This document shows positions 39,886 to 50,261 of a DNA stretch of 50,261 bases, piece after piece. The position numbers and the translations under genes were made by a program. Source of the stretch: Gillisia sp. (GTDB lineage: Bacteria > Bacteroidota > Bacteroidia > Flavobacteriales > Flavobacteriaceae); assembly GCA_024635675.1 (NCBI GenBank), contig JAGXIJ010000125.1, positions 1-50,261 on the forward strand. Direction: 5' to 3'. Under the pieces are notes generated by a model. It ran no database searches. It had not been told where the DNA came from and worked only from the letters and a program-made list of their open reading frames with translations. The first letter of the stretch is position 1. Each line of letters begins with the position of its first letter.

Positions 39886-40224
39886 TTAGTTTAGAGTTTC
39901 TTTTCCTTTCTCACCGGTGCGAATTCTATAGGCTTCATTGATATCTGAGACAAATATTTTCCCATCACCAACTTCTCCCGTCCGTCCCGCAGTGAGAATG
40001 GCATCGATAGTGGCTTGTTCAAAAGAATCATTCACAACTATCGATAAATATCTTCGCTGAATATCACTAGTGCTATAGGAAACTCCCCGATATACACTTC
40101 CTAGTTTTTCGTTTCCCAAACCGGTTACATCCCAATAGGAAAAGAAGTTGATGCCTATTTGATGTAAGGCTTTTTTAACTGCAGAAAATTTTGATTTTCT
40201 GATGATGGCTTCTATTTTTTTCAT
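39886..40224 (-). CDS. glnK: P-II family nitrogen regulator (amt-linked, GlnK-like)
   Basis: MKKIEAIIR, YRG..Y T-loop, TG.VGDGKIFV, RIRTGE. Confidence 0.93.
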   Translation of the reverse strand: MKKIEAIIRKSKFSAVKKALHQIGINFFSYWDVTGLGNEKLGSVYRGVSYSTSDIQRRYLSIVVNDSFEQATIDAILTAGRTGEVGDGKIFVSDINEAYRIRTGEKGKETLN

Positions 40225-40240
40225 GATTTATATATTTAGA

Positions 40241-41386
40241 TTAAAATTTATATACAGCTGCAAGAAGAAGAGATGCTAAGCTGCCTTGTGTTCCGTCTAG
40301 GTCTGTATTTGTAAATACGTCCTGATCAGCTGAATCCAGGCGGACCTCTGGGATCAACATAAGATCACCTAATGCGATATTCCCTGATACGGTTACAGCA
40401 AAAACTCCGGCATCACCCTCTGCATCATAAACACCTAAAGCTCCTGCGCCGCCATTAAATTCTTTAAAATATTCGCCTCTTGTGCCTAGGGCAAAACTGT
40501 CACTTAGGCTATACTGTAGATAAATTGCTGCACCATAAAATCCAAAATTATCCTCATCAACATCTCGTATTCCGGTATCGGTAAAAGCTTCCCCGGTAGC
40601 GGTAGTATTGTAGGTGGTGTTGAAGCCTAAGTAAAATTCATCTGATACATCTACACCGGCAGTTAGGTCTACCTGAAAAGTAGAGCCAGCAGAAACATCT
40701 CCGCCATTATTGCCATTTCCATCAAGTTTCCCATCTTGATCTCCGTAGAGGAAATTCAGATACGCACTTCCGGCATCCTTTGCATATCCAAGCTGTGCAC
40801 CAAGAGTATAGCTGCCTGCAGGATTGAACTCCGCATAATCTGTAGGATTCATTACTGCGACCATCGCGCTAAACTCATCATTTAGAGCAAAATCTGCTTT
40901 TATCCCCGTATGTGAAAATGGTCCATAAGAGAACATATAGGAAGTAGAATAATTAAAATTTGCTGTGGGTGAGATAACCTCATACCCCAAATACGTGTTC
41001 CAGTTACCCAGAGTTAAGGTTACTTTATCACTCACATTCCAGTATGCATAAAGCTGATTTACGATATTGGAACTTCCTACGGAATTAAAAACGGCATCTT
41101 CTCCTCGAGGTCCAAATACGAGATCTGCTACTGCTCCTACATTTCCCATTTCGTAACTCATAATTACGTTAGCCATTCCTATTGCAAAACCGGGATCGTT
41201 AGCGAAAGATGTTGCGGGAGCCGGCGCAACTAGTTCCTCATAATTTCGATTGAAGGAATTTAAATTGAAGCGTGCATATACATCAGCAGAACCTGATATG
41301 TTGAAACTTTTTGTTGGAGCCTCTTCTTCTTGCGCATAAGAATTGAGAGCAAAAAGAAGAACGAGAGGTAAATAGATTTTTTTCAT
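40241..41386 (-). CDS. Outer-membrane beta-barrel porin (BBP2/OmpL-like)
   Basis: Signal peptide, 'ISGS.D.Y...N.N', 'G.WNT.LGYEVISP..NFNYS.SY.F.YGPF.HTG', C-terminal YKF. Confidence 0.85.
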   Translation of the reverse strand: MKKIYLPLVLLFALNSYAQEEEAPTKSFNISGSADVYARFNLNSFNRNYEELVAPAPATSFANDPGFAIGMANVIMSYEMGNVGAVADLVFGPRGEDAVFNSVGSSNIVNQLYAYWNVSDKVTLTLGNWNTYLGYEVISPTANFNYSTSYMFSYGPFSHTGIKADFALNDEFSAMVAVMNPTDYAEFNPAGSYTLGAQLGYAKDAGSAYLNFLYGDQDGKLDGNGNNGGDVSAGSTFQVDLTAGVDVSDEFYLGFNTTYNTTATGEAFTDTGIRDVDEDNFGFYGAAIYLQYSLSDSFALGTRGEYFKEFNGGAGALGVYDAEGDAGVFAVTVSGNIALGDLMLIPEVRLDSADQDVFTNTDLDGTQGSLASLLLAAVYKF

Positions 41387-41477
41387 AATGATATACAGTT
41401 TAGTTGATCGCTAATCTATATATATTTTGGATAAAACTTTAAAAAAATAGGGGGTACCTCTTGAAATTTATGTTATT

Positions 41478-41518
41478 ATTAATTAACACCCCCTAAAATT
41501 TAGGGGGTGTTAATTAAT
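41478..41518. promoter_or_regulatory. Perfect 41-bp palindrome, candidate operator between divergent porin-glnK-amt and gltBD
   Basis: ATTAATTAACACCCCCTAAA-A-TTTAGGGGGTGTTAATTAAT; extra half-site TAGGGGGT at 41448-41455. Confidence 0.7.
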
Positions 41519-41850
41519 TAATATAAAAAAACCTTCAAATTATCATTTTCCTGATTAGATTCTACTCGTTTTTGTGTTTTTGACTATAAAAACACCTTCA
41601 AAAGTTGATGAAAACGTCAGATTCTGATTTTCAATCTCTTATAGATGATTGTAAAAAGTTAGTTTTTTGGAAATGAGCCAAAAAAATTATTGCGGATATG
41701 ATAAAAAGCAGCTTTTCAATCACGAATTCCATATTAAAAAATAGATATTTTGAGAAATGATTAAATGTAAAAATCATTTTATTGATTATATGGTAATCAA
41801 TTTATTATTATTTAGATTTATCGATATTAAGTCGAAAAAAAGGATGAGTC

Positions 41851-44800
41851 ATGAAGGAAAAGCAAGGATTATATTCACCCGAATTTGAACATGAAAATTG
41901 CGGTGCGGGGTTTATTTGTAGTTTAAAAGGAAAGAAGTCTAATGACATTATACATTTGGCACTGGAAATATTACAAAAATTGGAACACAGAGGTGCCGTA
42001 AGCAGCGATGGAAAAACCGGCGATGGCGCAGGTATACTAATAGACATTCCTCACGATTTTTTTGTGGAGAACTGTGACTTTGATTTACCTGCCGAAAGAG
42101 AGTATGCTATGGGAAATGTATTTCTTCCCAGAAAGGAAAATCAACGAGCCTATTGCAAAAAGATTTTTGAAGATCAAATAAATGAAAAGGGTCTAAAAGT
42201 TTTGGGTTGGAGAAAGGTTCCAATAGATGCTAGTCATTTAGGAGTTATTGCTGCCGATGTGGAGCCTGTAATAGAACAGATTTTTATAGGTAAACCTGAA
42301 AATGGTTTGGAAGACAAACTGTTTCAAATTAAATTATATAGCGCAAGAAAAATTACGGAACACAGCATTCTAAATTCCAAATTATCTGAGCGGGCTTACT
42401 TTTACCTTCCAAGCTTATCAACCAAAACCTTAATATTTAAAGGACTTCTCATGCCTGAGGATATTAAGTTCTACTACCAGGATCTTTTAGATCCAAAAGT
42501 TGTTACTCGATTGGCCTTGGTGCATCAGCGGTTTTCAACAAATACTTTTCCAACTTGGGATCTGGCTCAGCCATTTCGTTATATGTGCCACAACGGTGAG
42601 ATTAACACCCTAAGAGGAAATATTGCCAGAATGCGTAGTAGAGAAGAGTTGCTAAAAAGCGAACTTTTTGATGAGGATCTAAAAGCGCTTTTTCCTATAA
42701 TCTTAAGTGGAAAATCTGATTCTGCCTCTATGGATATGGTAGTAGAACTTCTATTAATGTCTGGTAGATCTTTGCCGGAAATAATGATGATGTTAGTACC
42801 CGAAGCATGGGAGAAGCATCAGGAGATGAGTGAGTCTAAAAAAGCTTTTTACGAATTCAATAGTTGTATCATGGAGCCATGGGATGGACCGGCTTCCGTG
42901 CCATTTACCGATGGCGATTATATTGGTGCTGTATTAGATAGGAATGGGTTAAGGCCTTCCCGATATTCAGTTACTAAAGATGATTATGTAATTATGTCTT
43001 CAGAAACAGGCGTCCTTGATATTAAACCGGAAAATATAGCATTTCATGGGAGGTTACAACCGGGAAGAATGTTTCTGGTAGATATGAATGAAGGACGAAT
43101 AATCAATGATGCGGAGATAAAAGAAAGGATAGCAACTTGTAAACCATATGAGAAATGGTTAGATAAAAACAGAATTCATCTAAAAGATATTCCATATAGA
43201 AATGAATCCTTGGAAGTAGATCTAACATCAATACAACTACGTAAAAATGCCTTTGGTTACACTCAAGAAGATGTAAACACAATTATACTTCCCATGGCTG
43301 GAAGTTCAAAAGAACCAATTGGTTCTATGGGTACAGATACACCATTGGCGGTGCTTTCAGAACGACCACAGCTTATATATAACTACTTCAAACAACTATT
43401 TGCACAAGTTACCAATCCGCCACTGGATGGCATCAGGGAGGAACTTATTACCGATCTAAGTTTAACTCTGGGGGGGGATACCAATTTAATGGAGATCACT
43501 CCAGATTATTGTAAAAAGATTCGAATGCAAAATCCGGTGATCTCTAAAGAAGATTTGGATAAGATCAAGAATTTTGACCATCCAGATTTTCAATCCACAA
43601 GTATTCCAATTCTATATAAAATTGATCAGGGACTAAACGGTTTGGAAGCAGCTTTGGAGGAAATGCTAAAAACCGCAGCCAAGGTTATAGAGCAAGGTAA
43701 AACTATACTTATACTTTCCGATAGGGGTGTGGATGAAACTATGGCTCCAATCCCAGCATTGTTGGCATGTTCTTATTTAAATAGTGGCTTGTTTAAACTA
43801 GGGAAACGTTCCAAAATGAGCTTTATAATAGAATCTGCCGAGCCTAGGGAAGTACATCATTTTGCACTGTTATTTGGATTTGGAGCAAGTGCCATAAATC
43901 CTTATCTGGTGAATGAGATCATTGAGGAACAAATAGATGAAGGAAATTTAAATGGTGTAGACTTTAAAGAAGCAGTGAAAAATTATAATAAGGCTGTAGG
44001 GAATGGGGTAATAAAAGTGATGAATAAGATTGGGATCTCCACTCTTAACTCTTATCGTGGGTCTCAGTTATTTGAAGCCTTAGGCCTAAATTCTCAGCTT
44101 ATAAACAAATATTTTCCAAACACTCCTAGCAGAATAGAGGGAATTGGCCTTTATGAAGTAGAAAAGGAAGTTGCAAAAAGACATAAACGTACTTTTAATG
44201 CTAAGAATATCTCCGGGGATCTGGATATGGAAATAGGCGGAGAATACAGATGGAGACGGAACGGTGAAAAACACATGTTCAACCCATTAACCATTGCAAA
44301 ACTTCAGGAATCAGTTAGAAATAATGACCCGGCGACTTATAAGGAATATGCAGCTTTAGTAAATGAGCAGTCTAAACAACTTATGACAATTCGTGGCTTG
44401 TTTGAGTTCTCCAATTACGATCCCATTCCTTTAGATGAGGTAGAGCCTTGGACAGAAATTGTAAAGCGTTTTAAAACCGGAGCAATGTCTTATGGTTCCA
44501 TAAGTAAGGAAGCGCATGAGAATTTAGCGATCGCTATGAACCGGATTGGAGGGAAAAGTAATAGTGGGGAAGGAGGGGAAGATGCAGATAGATTTTATAA
44601 AAATGCGAATGGAGATTGGCGTAATAGCGCTATAAAGCAAGTAGCTTCTGGTCGTTTTGGAGTAACAAGTAACTATCTAACCAATGCTTCCGAGATTCAG
44701 ATAAAAATGGCGCAGGGGGCTAAACCTGGAGAAGGAGGCCATTTACCAGGGCCAAAAGTGAATAAACAAATAGCAAAAACTCGAAACAGCACTCCGTATG

Positions 44801-46362
44801 TAGGGCTTATTTCTCCGCCTCCACACCACGACATTTATTCTATAGAAGATTTAGCGCAGTTAATCTATGATCTTAAATCTGCCAACCGCGAAGCCTTGAT
44901 CAATGTGAAACTTGTTTCTGAAGTGGGAGTAGGAACAATTGCTGCGGGTGTGGCAAAAGCGAAAGCAGATGTTATCCTTATTTCTGGCTATGATGGGGGT
45001 ACAGGGGCATCGCCTCTTACTTCACTTCGTCATGCCGGGTTACCATGGGAATTGGGCATTGCTGAGGCCCAGCAAACATTGGTACTTAACGATCTTAGAA
45101 GCAGGATTAAATTAGAATGTGATGGGCAGTTGAAAACCGGTCGGGATGTGGCGGTTGCTTGTCTTTTAGGAGCAGAGGAATTCGGTTTTGCAACCGCACC
45201 ACTAGTGGCTTCGGGATGTATCATGATGAGGGTTTGTCATTTAAATACTTGCCCGGTTGGAATTGCAACTCAAAATCCGGACTTGAGGAAGAAATTTGAA
45301 GGGAAGCCGGAGCATGTGGTAAATTACATGTATTTCATAGCTGAAGAACTCAGGGAAATCATGGCGCAATTGGGCTTTAGAACTGTAGATAAAATGGTTG
45401 GGCAAGTTCATAAATTAGACCGGCAAAAAGCCGTTGACCACTTTAAGTCTGCCGGAGTAGATCTTAGTCCAATTCTGCATAAAATAGATGTTCCTGCAAA
45501 TGTTTCAGTATATAATTCCGAAAAGCAGGATCATCATTTAGAAAGATCAATAGATTTTGAAATTATAGAATTGGCCCATCCTGCCTTATTCAGAAAAGAA
45601 AAAATGGTGTTGGATCTTGAAATCCATAACACCGATAGAGCAGTGGGAGCTATTTTAAGTAATGAAATATCTAAGATATATGGGGAGCAGGGCCTTCCAG
45701 ACAATACCTTGAAGATCAATTTTAAAGGTTCAGCAGGTCAAAGTTTTGGGGCTTTTGCAACTAAAGGACTCAGTCTTAAAGTTGATGGAAATGCAAATGA
45801 TTATGTGGGGAAAGGTCTTTCCGGAGCCCGACTAATTGTAAAGATCCCTGAGGAGTCTACTCTGAAGGCAGAAGATAATATTATTATTGGAAACGTTGCT
45901 TTATATGGAGCTGTTAGTGGCGAGGCTTATTTTAATGGTGTTGCAGGAGAGCGTTTTTGCGTAAGAAATAGTGGCGCTCTCGCCGTTTCCGAAGGTATTG
46001 GAGATCATGGATGTGAATATATGACCGGAGGAGTGGCTGTGATTTTAGGAGAGACAGGTAGGAATTTTGGAGCCGGAATGAGTGGAGGTTTGGCTTTTGT
46101 TTTTGATGAAAAAAATTCATTCAGAAAGAATTGTCTGGCTAAAGATTTGAACTTGGAAGAAGTGAAGGAGGAGGAAGATAAGTTGCTGCTTAAAAAGTTG
46201 ATCACCAACCATTACAATTACACACAAAGTAGATTAGCACAAAGGATCCTTGAAAACTGGGAGCCATGTCTGCCAAACTTCATCAAGATATTGCCAGAAG
46301 AATATCGTTTGGCATTGATAAGGTTAGAAGAAGAAGAAAAATTAATCGATTTAACAGAATAG
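41851..46362 (+). CDS. gltB: Glutamate synthase large subunit
   Basis: Propeptide + N-terminal Cys (EHENCGAGF), [46 protein letters not shown]. Confidence 0.98.
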   Translation: MKEKQGLYSPEFEHENCGAGFICSLKGKKSNDIIHLALEILQKLEHRGAVSSDGKTGDGAGILIDIPHDFFVENCDFDLPAEREYAMGNVFLPRKENQRAYCKKIFEDQINEKGLKVLGWRKVPIDASHLGVIAADVEPVIEQIFIGKPENGLEDKLFQIKLYSARKITEHSILNSKLSERAYFYLPSLSTKTLIFKGLLMPEDIKFYYQDLLDPKVVTRLALVHQRFSTNTFPTWDLAQPFRYMCHNGEINTLRGNIARMRSREELLKSELFDEDLKALFPIILSGKSDSASMDMVVELLLMSGRSLPEIMMMLVPEAWEKHQEMSESKKAFYEFNSCIMEPWDGPASVPFTDGDYIGAVLDRNGLRPSRYSVTKDDYVIMSSETGVLDIKPENIAFHGRLQPGRMFLVDMNEGRIINDAEIKERIATCKPYEKWLDKNRIHLKDIPYRNESLEVDLTSIQLRKNAFGYTQEDVNTIILPMAGSSKEPIGSMGTDTPLAVLSERPQLIYNYFKQLFAQVTNPPLDGIREELITDLSLTLGGDTNLMEITPDYCKKIRMQNPVISKEDLDKIKNFDHPDFQSTSIPILYKIDQGLNGLEAALEEMLKTAAKVIEQGKTILILSDRGVDETMAPIPALLACSYLNSGLFKLGKRSKMSFIIESAEPREVHHFALLFGFGASAINPYLVNEIIEEQIDEGNLNGVDFKEAVKNYNKAVGNGVIKVMNKIGISTLNSYRGSQLFEALGLNSQLINKYFPNTPSRIEGIGLYEVEKEVAKRHKRTFNAKNISGDLDMEIGGEYRWRRNGEKHMFNPLTIAKLQESVRNNDPATYKEYAALVNEQSKQLMTIRGLFEFSNYDPIPLDEVEPWTEIVKRFKTGAMSYGSISKEAHENLAIAMNRIGGKSNSGEGGEDADRFYKNANGDWRNSAIKQVASGRFGVTSNYLTNASEIQIKMAQGAKPGEGGHLPGPKVNKQIAKTRNSTPYVGLISPPPHHDIYSIEDLAQLIYDLKSANREALINVKLVSEVGVGTIAAGVAKAKADVILISGYDGGTGASPLTSLRHAGLPWELGIAEAQQTLVLNDLRSRIKLECDGQLKTGRDVAVACLLGAEEFGFATAPLVASGCIMMRVCHLNTCPVGIATQNPDLRKKFEGKPEHVVNYMYFIAEELREIMAQLGFRTVDKMVGQVHKLDRQKAVDHFKSAGVDLSPILHKIDVPANVSVYNSEKQDHHLERSIDFEIIELAHPALFRKEKMVLDLEIHNTDRAVGAILSNEISKIYGEQGLPDNTLKINFKGSAGQSFGAFATKGLSLKVDGNANDYVGKGLSGARLIVKIPEESTLKAEDNIIIGNVALYGAVSGEAYFNGVAGERFCVRNSGALAVSEGIGDHGCEYMTGGVAVILGETGRNFGAGMSGGLAFVFDEKNSFRKNCLAKDLNLEEVKEEEDKLLLKKLITNHYNYTQSRLAQRILENWEPCLPNFIKILPEEYRLALIRLEEEEKLIDLTE

Positions 46363-46367
46363 GGAAC

Positions 46368-47834
46368 ATGGGAAAGCCAACTGGATTTTTAGAATATGAA
46401 AGAAAGGTAGAAGCCTATGCTCCTGCTCAGGAGCGAGTGAAAGAATTCAAGGAATTTACTATTCCTCTTGAAGAAAAGGAACTAAAAGATCAGGGCGCAC
46501 GCTGTATGGATTGCGGAGTTCCATTTTGCCATAGCGGCTGTCCATTGGGTAATTTGATTCCCGATTTTAATGATGCAGTTTACAAAGGCAAATGGCAGAG
46601 TGCTGCTAAAATATTGCACAGCACTAACAATTTTCCCGAGTTTACTGGGAGATTGTGTCCGGCACCTTGTGAGGAAGCTTGTGTCTTAAACATCAATGAA
46701 GATCCTGTAACTATCGAAAATATTGAAAAGAATATTGCAGAGCAGGCTTTTGAGAATGGTTGGATACAACCACAAATTCCGGAGAGCAGAACTGGTAAAA
46801 AAGTGGCTGTAATTGGATCGGGTCCTGCCGGTCTTGCGGCAGCACAACAACTAAACCGCGCGGGACATTATGTTTGCGTTTATGAAAGGGATGAAAAAGC
46901 AGGAGGCCTGCTAAGGTATGGTATCCCGGATTTTAAGATGGAAAAATCTGTTATAGATAGGCGTTTGGAAGTTTTAGAAGAAGAAGGTATAAAATTTATT
47001 ACTGGAGCTCATGTTGGTAAAAATATAGCTGTTGAAGAAATAAAATCTGACCACGACGCAATTGTACTCTGCGGTGGAGCAACTGTGAGCCGAGAATTAC
47101 CAATTAAAGGGGCAGATTTAAAAGGAGTGGTTCAGGCGATGGATTTCTTAGCTCAAAACAATAGGAGAGTGGATAATTTACCGTTTTCGGGAGAAGAAAT
47201 TTCAGCACAAAACAAGAAAGTAGTAGTTATTGGAGGGGGAGATACGGGAAGTGATTGTATAGGAACTTCATTCAGACAAGGAGCTATTAGTGTAACTAAC
47301 TTTGAGATTATGGGAAAGGCAGGCTTGGATAGACCTAAAAATCAGCCATGGCCATATTGGCCTATGAGGCTAAGTACCACCTCCTCGCATAAAGAAGGAG
47401 CAGAAAGGCAATGGAGCATTTCTACAAAAGAGTTTTTGGGAGATAAAGAAGGGAACTTAACTGGTTTAATCACAACACAAGTAGAGTGGACGCATAAATT
47501 AGGTGAGCGTCCTCAATTATCTGAAATTCCTGGAACTGAACAAAAATGGGATTGCGAGCTGGTATTATTAGCAATGGGTTTTACAGGAAGTGAAACAAGT
47601 TTACCTGAGCAACTAGGTTTAGAAATGGACCCAAGGAGTAATATTAAAGCCTCGATAGAAAATTATATGAGCAATGTTCCCGGAATCTTTGTTGCGGGTG
47701 ATACAAGAAGAGGTCAATCCCTAATAGTATGGGCGATTTCTGAAGGTAGGGAAGCTGCACACTATGTAGATAAATATTTAATGGGAGTTTCTAGCTTACC
47801 GCTTAAAGGAGATGGTGATCTTCCAAGAGTATAG
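46368..47834 (+). CDS. gltD: Glutamate synthase small subunit
   Basis: MGKPTGF (ATG 46368; the track start at 46266 lies inside gltB), RCMDCG.PFC..GCP, GSGPAG, GGGDTG.DC, RRGQSLIVWAI.EGR. Confidence 0.98.
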   Translation: MGKPTGFLEYERKVEAYAPAQERVKEFKEFTIPLEEKELKDQGARCMDCGVPFCHSGCPLGNLIPDFNDAVYKGKWQSAAKILHSTNNFPEFTGRLCPAPCEEACVLNINEDPVTIENIEKNIAEQAFENGWIQPQIPESRTGKKVAVIGSGPAGLAAAQQLNRAGHYVCVYERDEKAGGLLRYGIPDFKMEKSVIDRRLEVLEEEGIKFITGAHVGKNIAVEEIKSDHDAIVLCGGATVSRELPIKGADLKGVVQAMDFLAQNNRRVDNLPFSGEEISAQNKKVVVIGGGDTGSDCIGTSFRQGAISVTNFEIMGKAGLDRPKNQPWPYWPMRLSTTSSHKEGAERQWSISTKEFLGDKEGNLTGLITTQVEWTHKLGERPQLSEIPGTEQKWDCELVLLAMGFTGSETSLPEQLGLEMDPRSNIKASIENYMSNVPGIFVAGDTRRGQSLIVWAISEGREAAHYVDKYLMGVSSLPLKGDGDLPRV

Positions 47835-47859
47835 TTTGGTAAAAAATGAAGAGGTACAG

Positions 47860-47893
47860 AAAAGCCGAAATCCTATCCAGATTTCGGCTTTTT
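47860..47893. terminator. Bidirectional intrinsic terminator
   Basis: AAAAGCCGAAATC-CTATCCA-GATTTCGGCTTTTT. Confidence 0.88.
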
Positions 47894-47912
47894 ATTGATT
47901 ATAGCAATACTA

Positions 47913-48173
47913 CTATTCCTCGCTTTTCTTTTCTGATGGTTTCTTTTTAGGCATTGGGCCACGCATATGTATCACCAATCCATTCAGGAAGTTTCTTAAA
48001 AATTGATCTCCACATTCTACATATTTAGGGTGATCTTCATTTCTAAAGATGGCGCCAAGCTCACTTTTGGTAACTTTAAAATCTACCAGTGCACAAATTT
48101 GTACTATATCGTCATCACGAAGTTTAAGTGCAACTCGTAATTTTTTAAATGTATCATTGTTAGTTAATCCCAT
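47913..48173 (-). CDS. DUF1456 (YehS-like) protein
   Basis: TNND..KKLR.AL, F R.E.HP.Y..CGDQFLRNFLNGL. Confidence 0.9.
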   Translation of the reverse strand: MGLTNNDTFKKLRVALKLRDDDIVQICALVDFKVTKSELGAIFRNEDHPKYVECGDQFLRNFLNGLVIHMRGPMPKKKPSEKKSEE

Positions 48174-48251
48174 AGTCGCAAAAATAAGGATTTAAAAGAG
48201 AAGTCGGAAATATTCCGTTTTATAAAAATTGGGTTAACATTTAAATAAATC

Positions 48252-49400
48252 TCAAGTGATTAAATGCTTTGATTTAAGGATTTGATCAATAACGGAAGTG
48301 AACATCGCCATTCCTGTCGGGATAATTTCTTCAGGAAAATCGTAATCCGGATTGTGCAGGGCAGGGGAGTTCTCTCCAGAGCCGATACCAAACATAGCCG
48401 ATTTGTAATATTTAGAAAACCAACCAAAATCTTCACCGAATTTATACGGGTATGGTTTTTCATGTATTCTTAAATTATTAATTTCTGCAGCTTTTCCAAT
48501 CAACTCATTACAAAAAGGATCATTTGTGGAAGTCGGAAAATAATCGAACCAACCAGTTTCTAATCCGAGATTATATTGACTGCATATTTTGGTAAGGAGT
48601 TCCTTTATTGCCGATTTTAACCTCTCCATGTGCGCTTCATCCCGGGTTCTTAAAGTATAATGTAATTCTCCTGAACCGGCTGAAACTCCATAGGCTATCT
48701 GCCCCATTTTTATATGTACCGGGGTTAATAGGGTAAAATTTGATTTTTCAGGCTCTAATATATTTAACAAATTAAATTGATTTACTAATTCTGCAATCGC
48801 AAGGGCAGGATTTACTCCATTTTCCGGTTCTGAGGCATGAGATTCTTTTCCTTTAAGCAAGATCCCCAGACTTTGTACAGAGGAAGAAAAATTGTTTTGT
48901 ACCCTAATAATGGTATTTAATGATTCCCCGGGAATATTGTGTAATGCAAAAACATAATCTGGTTTGAATTCTTTGAACTTATCATCTTCGATTACTGCCT
49001 TTGCTCCTTTGCCTGTTTCCTCTGCAGGCTGAAAGAGCAAAATAATTTTCCCTTTCTTATAAGTTTGTTCTTTTATCCAATAGCTCAAACCGGCAACGAT
49101 TGCCATATGCCCGTCGTGTCCGCATTTATGCGAAACTCCATTGATGCCTGAACGATATTCGAACAAGTTTGATTCTTGTATTGGTAAGGCATCCAACTCA
49201 CAACGAATTAGTATTACAGGCCCTTCCTCTCCAAATGAATAGATCGCTGCAAGGCCATGCCCTCCAATGCCCTCAATTAATTCTGAAGGCGGATTATGCG
49301 ACAGGAAATTTTTAATACGATGTGCCGTTTCAATCTCCTCTCCAGATAATTCAGGATGTTGATGAAGTACTTTTCTTAGTGCGGTAATCTTTTCCAACAT
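48252..49400 (-). CDS. M20D amidohydrolase (hippurate hydrolase/aminoacylase-like)
   Basis: LH.HPELSG.E..T, RCELDALP, HKCGHDGH, FQPAEE.G.GA, HN.PG, GEDFG, LHNP.YDF. Confidence 0.93.
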   Translation of the reverse strand: MLEKITALRKVLHQHPELSGEEIETAHRIKNFLSHNPPSELIEGIGGHGLAAIYSFGEEGPVILIRCELDALPIQESNLFEYRSGINGVSHKCGHDGHMAIVAGLSYWIKEQTYKKGKIILLFQPAEETGKGAKAVIEDDKFKEFKPDYVFALHNIPGESLNTIIRVQNNFSSSVQSLGILLKGKESHASEPENGVNPALAIAELVNQFNLLNILEPEKSNFTLLTPVHIKMGQIAYGVSAGSGELHYTLRTRDEAHMERLKSAIKELLTKICSQYNLGLETGWFDYFPTSTNDPFCNELIGKAAEINNLRIHEKPYPYKFGEDFGWFSKYYKSAMFGIGSGENSPALHNPDYDFPEEIIPTGMAMFTSVIDQILKSKHLIT

Positions 49401-49627
49401 GGTATTGTAGATTTTTGTTTAAATCAAAAGGCTTGCTAAAATACAGTTTTTATGACAGATTTCTTGTCTAAGAACAACTGGTATCTATTAGTTATTTATC
49501 TTGATTTTGAGCAATTTGCTAGTAAATAAAATAAAACTCATTTAGGCTAATGCATAATTTTCTAAGGGGTTAACATTAAGTATATTCGTGAGAATCATTT
49601 CATTAAAATACAATATTACCCTAAAAC

Positions 49628-50261
49628 ATGAGAAATATATTAATACTCGGTGCCGGAAAATCTACCTCGGTACTCATATCATACTTATTAGAGATATCTG
49701 TAAAAGAGAATATACAACTCACTATTGCAGACCTTGATATACAATTAGCCTTAAAAATGTATGGTACTCACAAGAATTGCACTGTGATCTCTTTAGATAT
49801 TACAGATCAAATTAGTAGAGAGAAAGCTATTGAGCAGTCGGACATTGTTATATCCATGCTGCCTGCCAGGTTCAATATAGAAGTTGCTAAAGATTGTATT
49901 TCATTGAAGAAATCCTTGATATCTGCATCTTACGTAACCAAAGAAATGATGGCTTTGGATAAAGAGGTAAAAGAAAATGGTCTAGTTTTTATGAATGAAA
50001 TGGGTTTAGATCCTGGTATTGACCATATGAGTGCGATGCAAGTGATAGATAGAATTCGCGATCAGGGAGGTAAATTGTTGTTATTCGAATCTTTCTGTGG
50101 AGGATTAGTAGCCCCGGAAAGTGATACCAACCTTTGGAACTATAAGTTCACCTGGGAGCCTAGAAATGTGGTTCTTTCTGGTCAATTTGGAGAGGCTCTA
50201 TTTATTCAGGAAGGAAAATATAAATCTATTCCTTATAATAAACTTTTCAAGAGAACAGAAT
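49628..50261 (+). CDS. Saccharopine dehydrogenase family protein, 3'-truncated by window edge (not in ORF track)
   Basis: ATG 49628: MRNILILGAGKS...DIVISMLP...SASYV...EMGLDPGIDHMSAM...FESFCGGL.APE...WNYKFTWEPRNVV; open to the end of the window. Confidence 0.93.
   Translation, partial: MRNILILGAGKSTSVLISYLLEISVKENIQLTIADLDIQLALKMYGTHKNCTVISLDITDQISREKAIEQSDIVISMLPARFNIEVAKDCISLKKSLISASYVTKEMMALDKEVKENGLVFMNEMGLDPGIDHMSAMQVIDRIRDQGGKLLLFESFCGGLVAPESDTNLWNYKFTWEPRNVVLSGQFGEALFIQEGKYKSIPYNKLFKRTE

Noticed and set aside
46266-46367. Long gltB/gltD overlap
   Set aside because: Artefact of the longest-ORF rule; the conserved start is ATG 46368.
942-48473. Short ORF-track entries overlapping real genes (e.g. 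942-1166, 7183-7713, 8767-9090, 23402-23704, 30849-31118, 41808-42047, 45030-46208)
   Set aside because: Antisense or alternate-frame shadows of well-supported genes, with no recognisable motifs.

Overview
A 50-kb AT-rich window from a Flavobacteriaceae (Bacteroidota) chromosome, judged from repeated TAnnTTTG -7 promoters, a T9SS C-terminal domain and gene content; it looks Gillisia/Salegentibacter-like, which is an inference. It is mostly housekeeping: miaA, DEDDh/GIY-YIG nuclease, yggS, DUF1015, hbd, pcm, smpB, lysA, sucC, amt/P-II/porin, gltBD and a partial saccharopine dehydrogenase. There are two accessory patches. The first (13.7-19.6 kb) is a run of small minus-strand genes, three of them frame-disrupted. 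The second (24.4-29.7 kb) is an ECF sigma / FecR / TonB-dependent transducer module with no SusD. I found no rRNA, tRNA, CRISPR array, transposase, integrase or phage genes. The best candidates for something new are: (1) a nitrogen-control locus with a perfect 41-bp palindrome and further repeats between divergent porin-PII-amt and gltBD operons, with a P-II protein altered at effector-binding residues; (2) a SusD-less chimeric transducer carrying a DonS-like antisense sRNA layout. Also found: four frameshifted genes that the ORF track splits or truncates, CGTC-type REP doublets, and a probable decayed antiporter remnant. Family calls come from motif recognition only, with no database searches.
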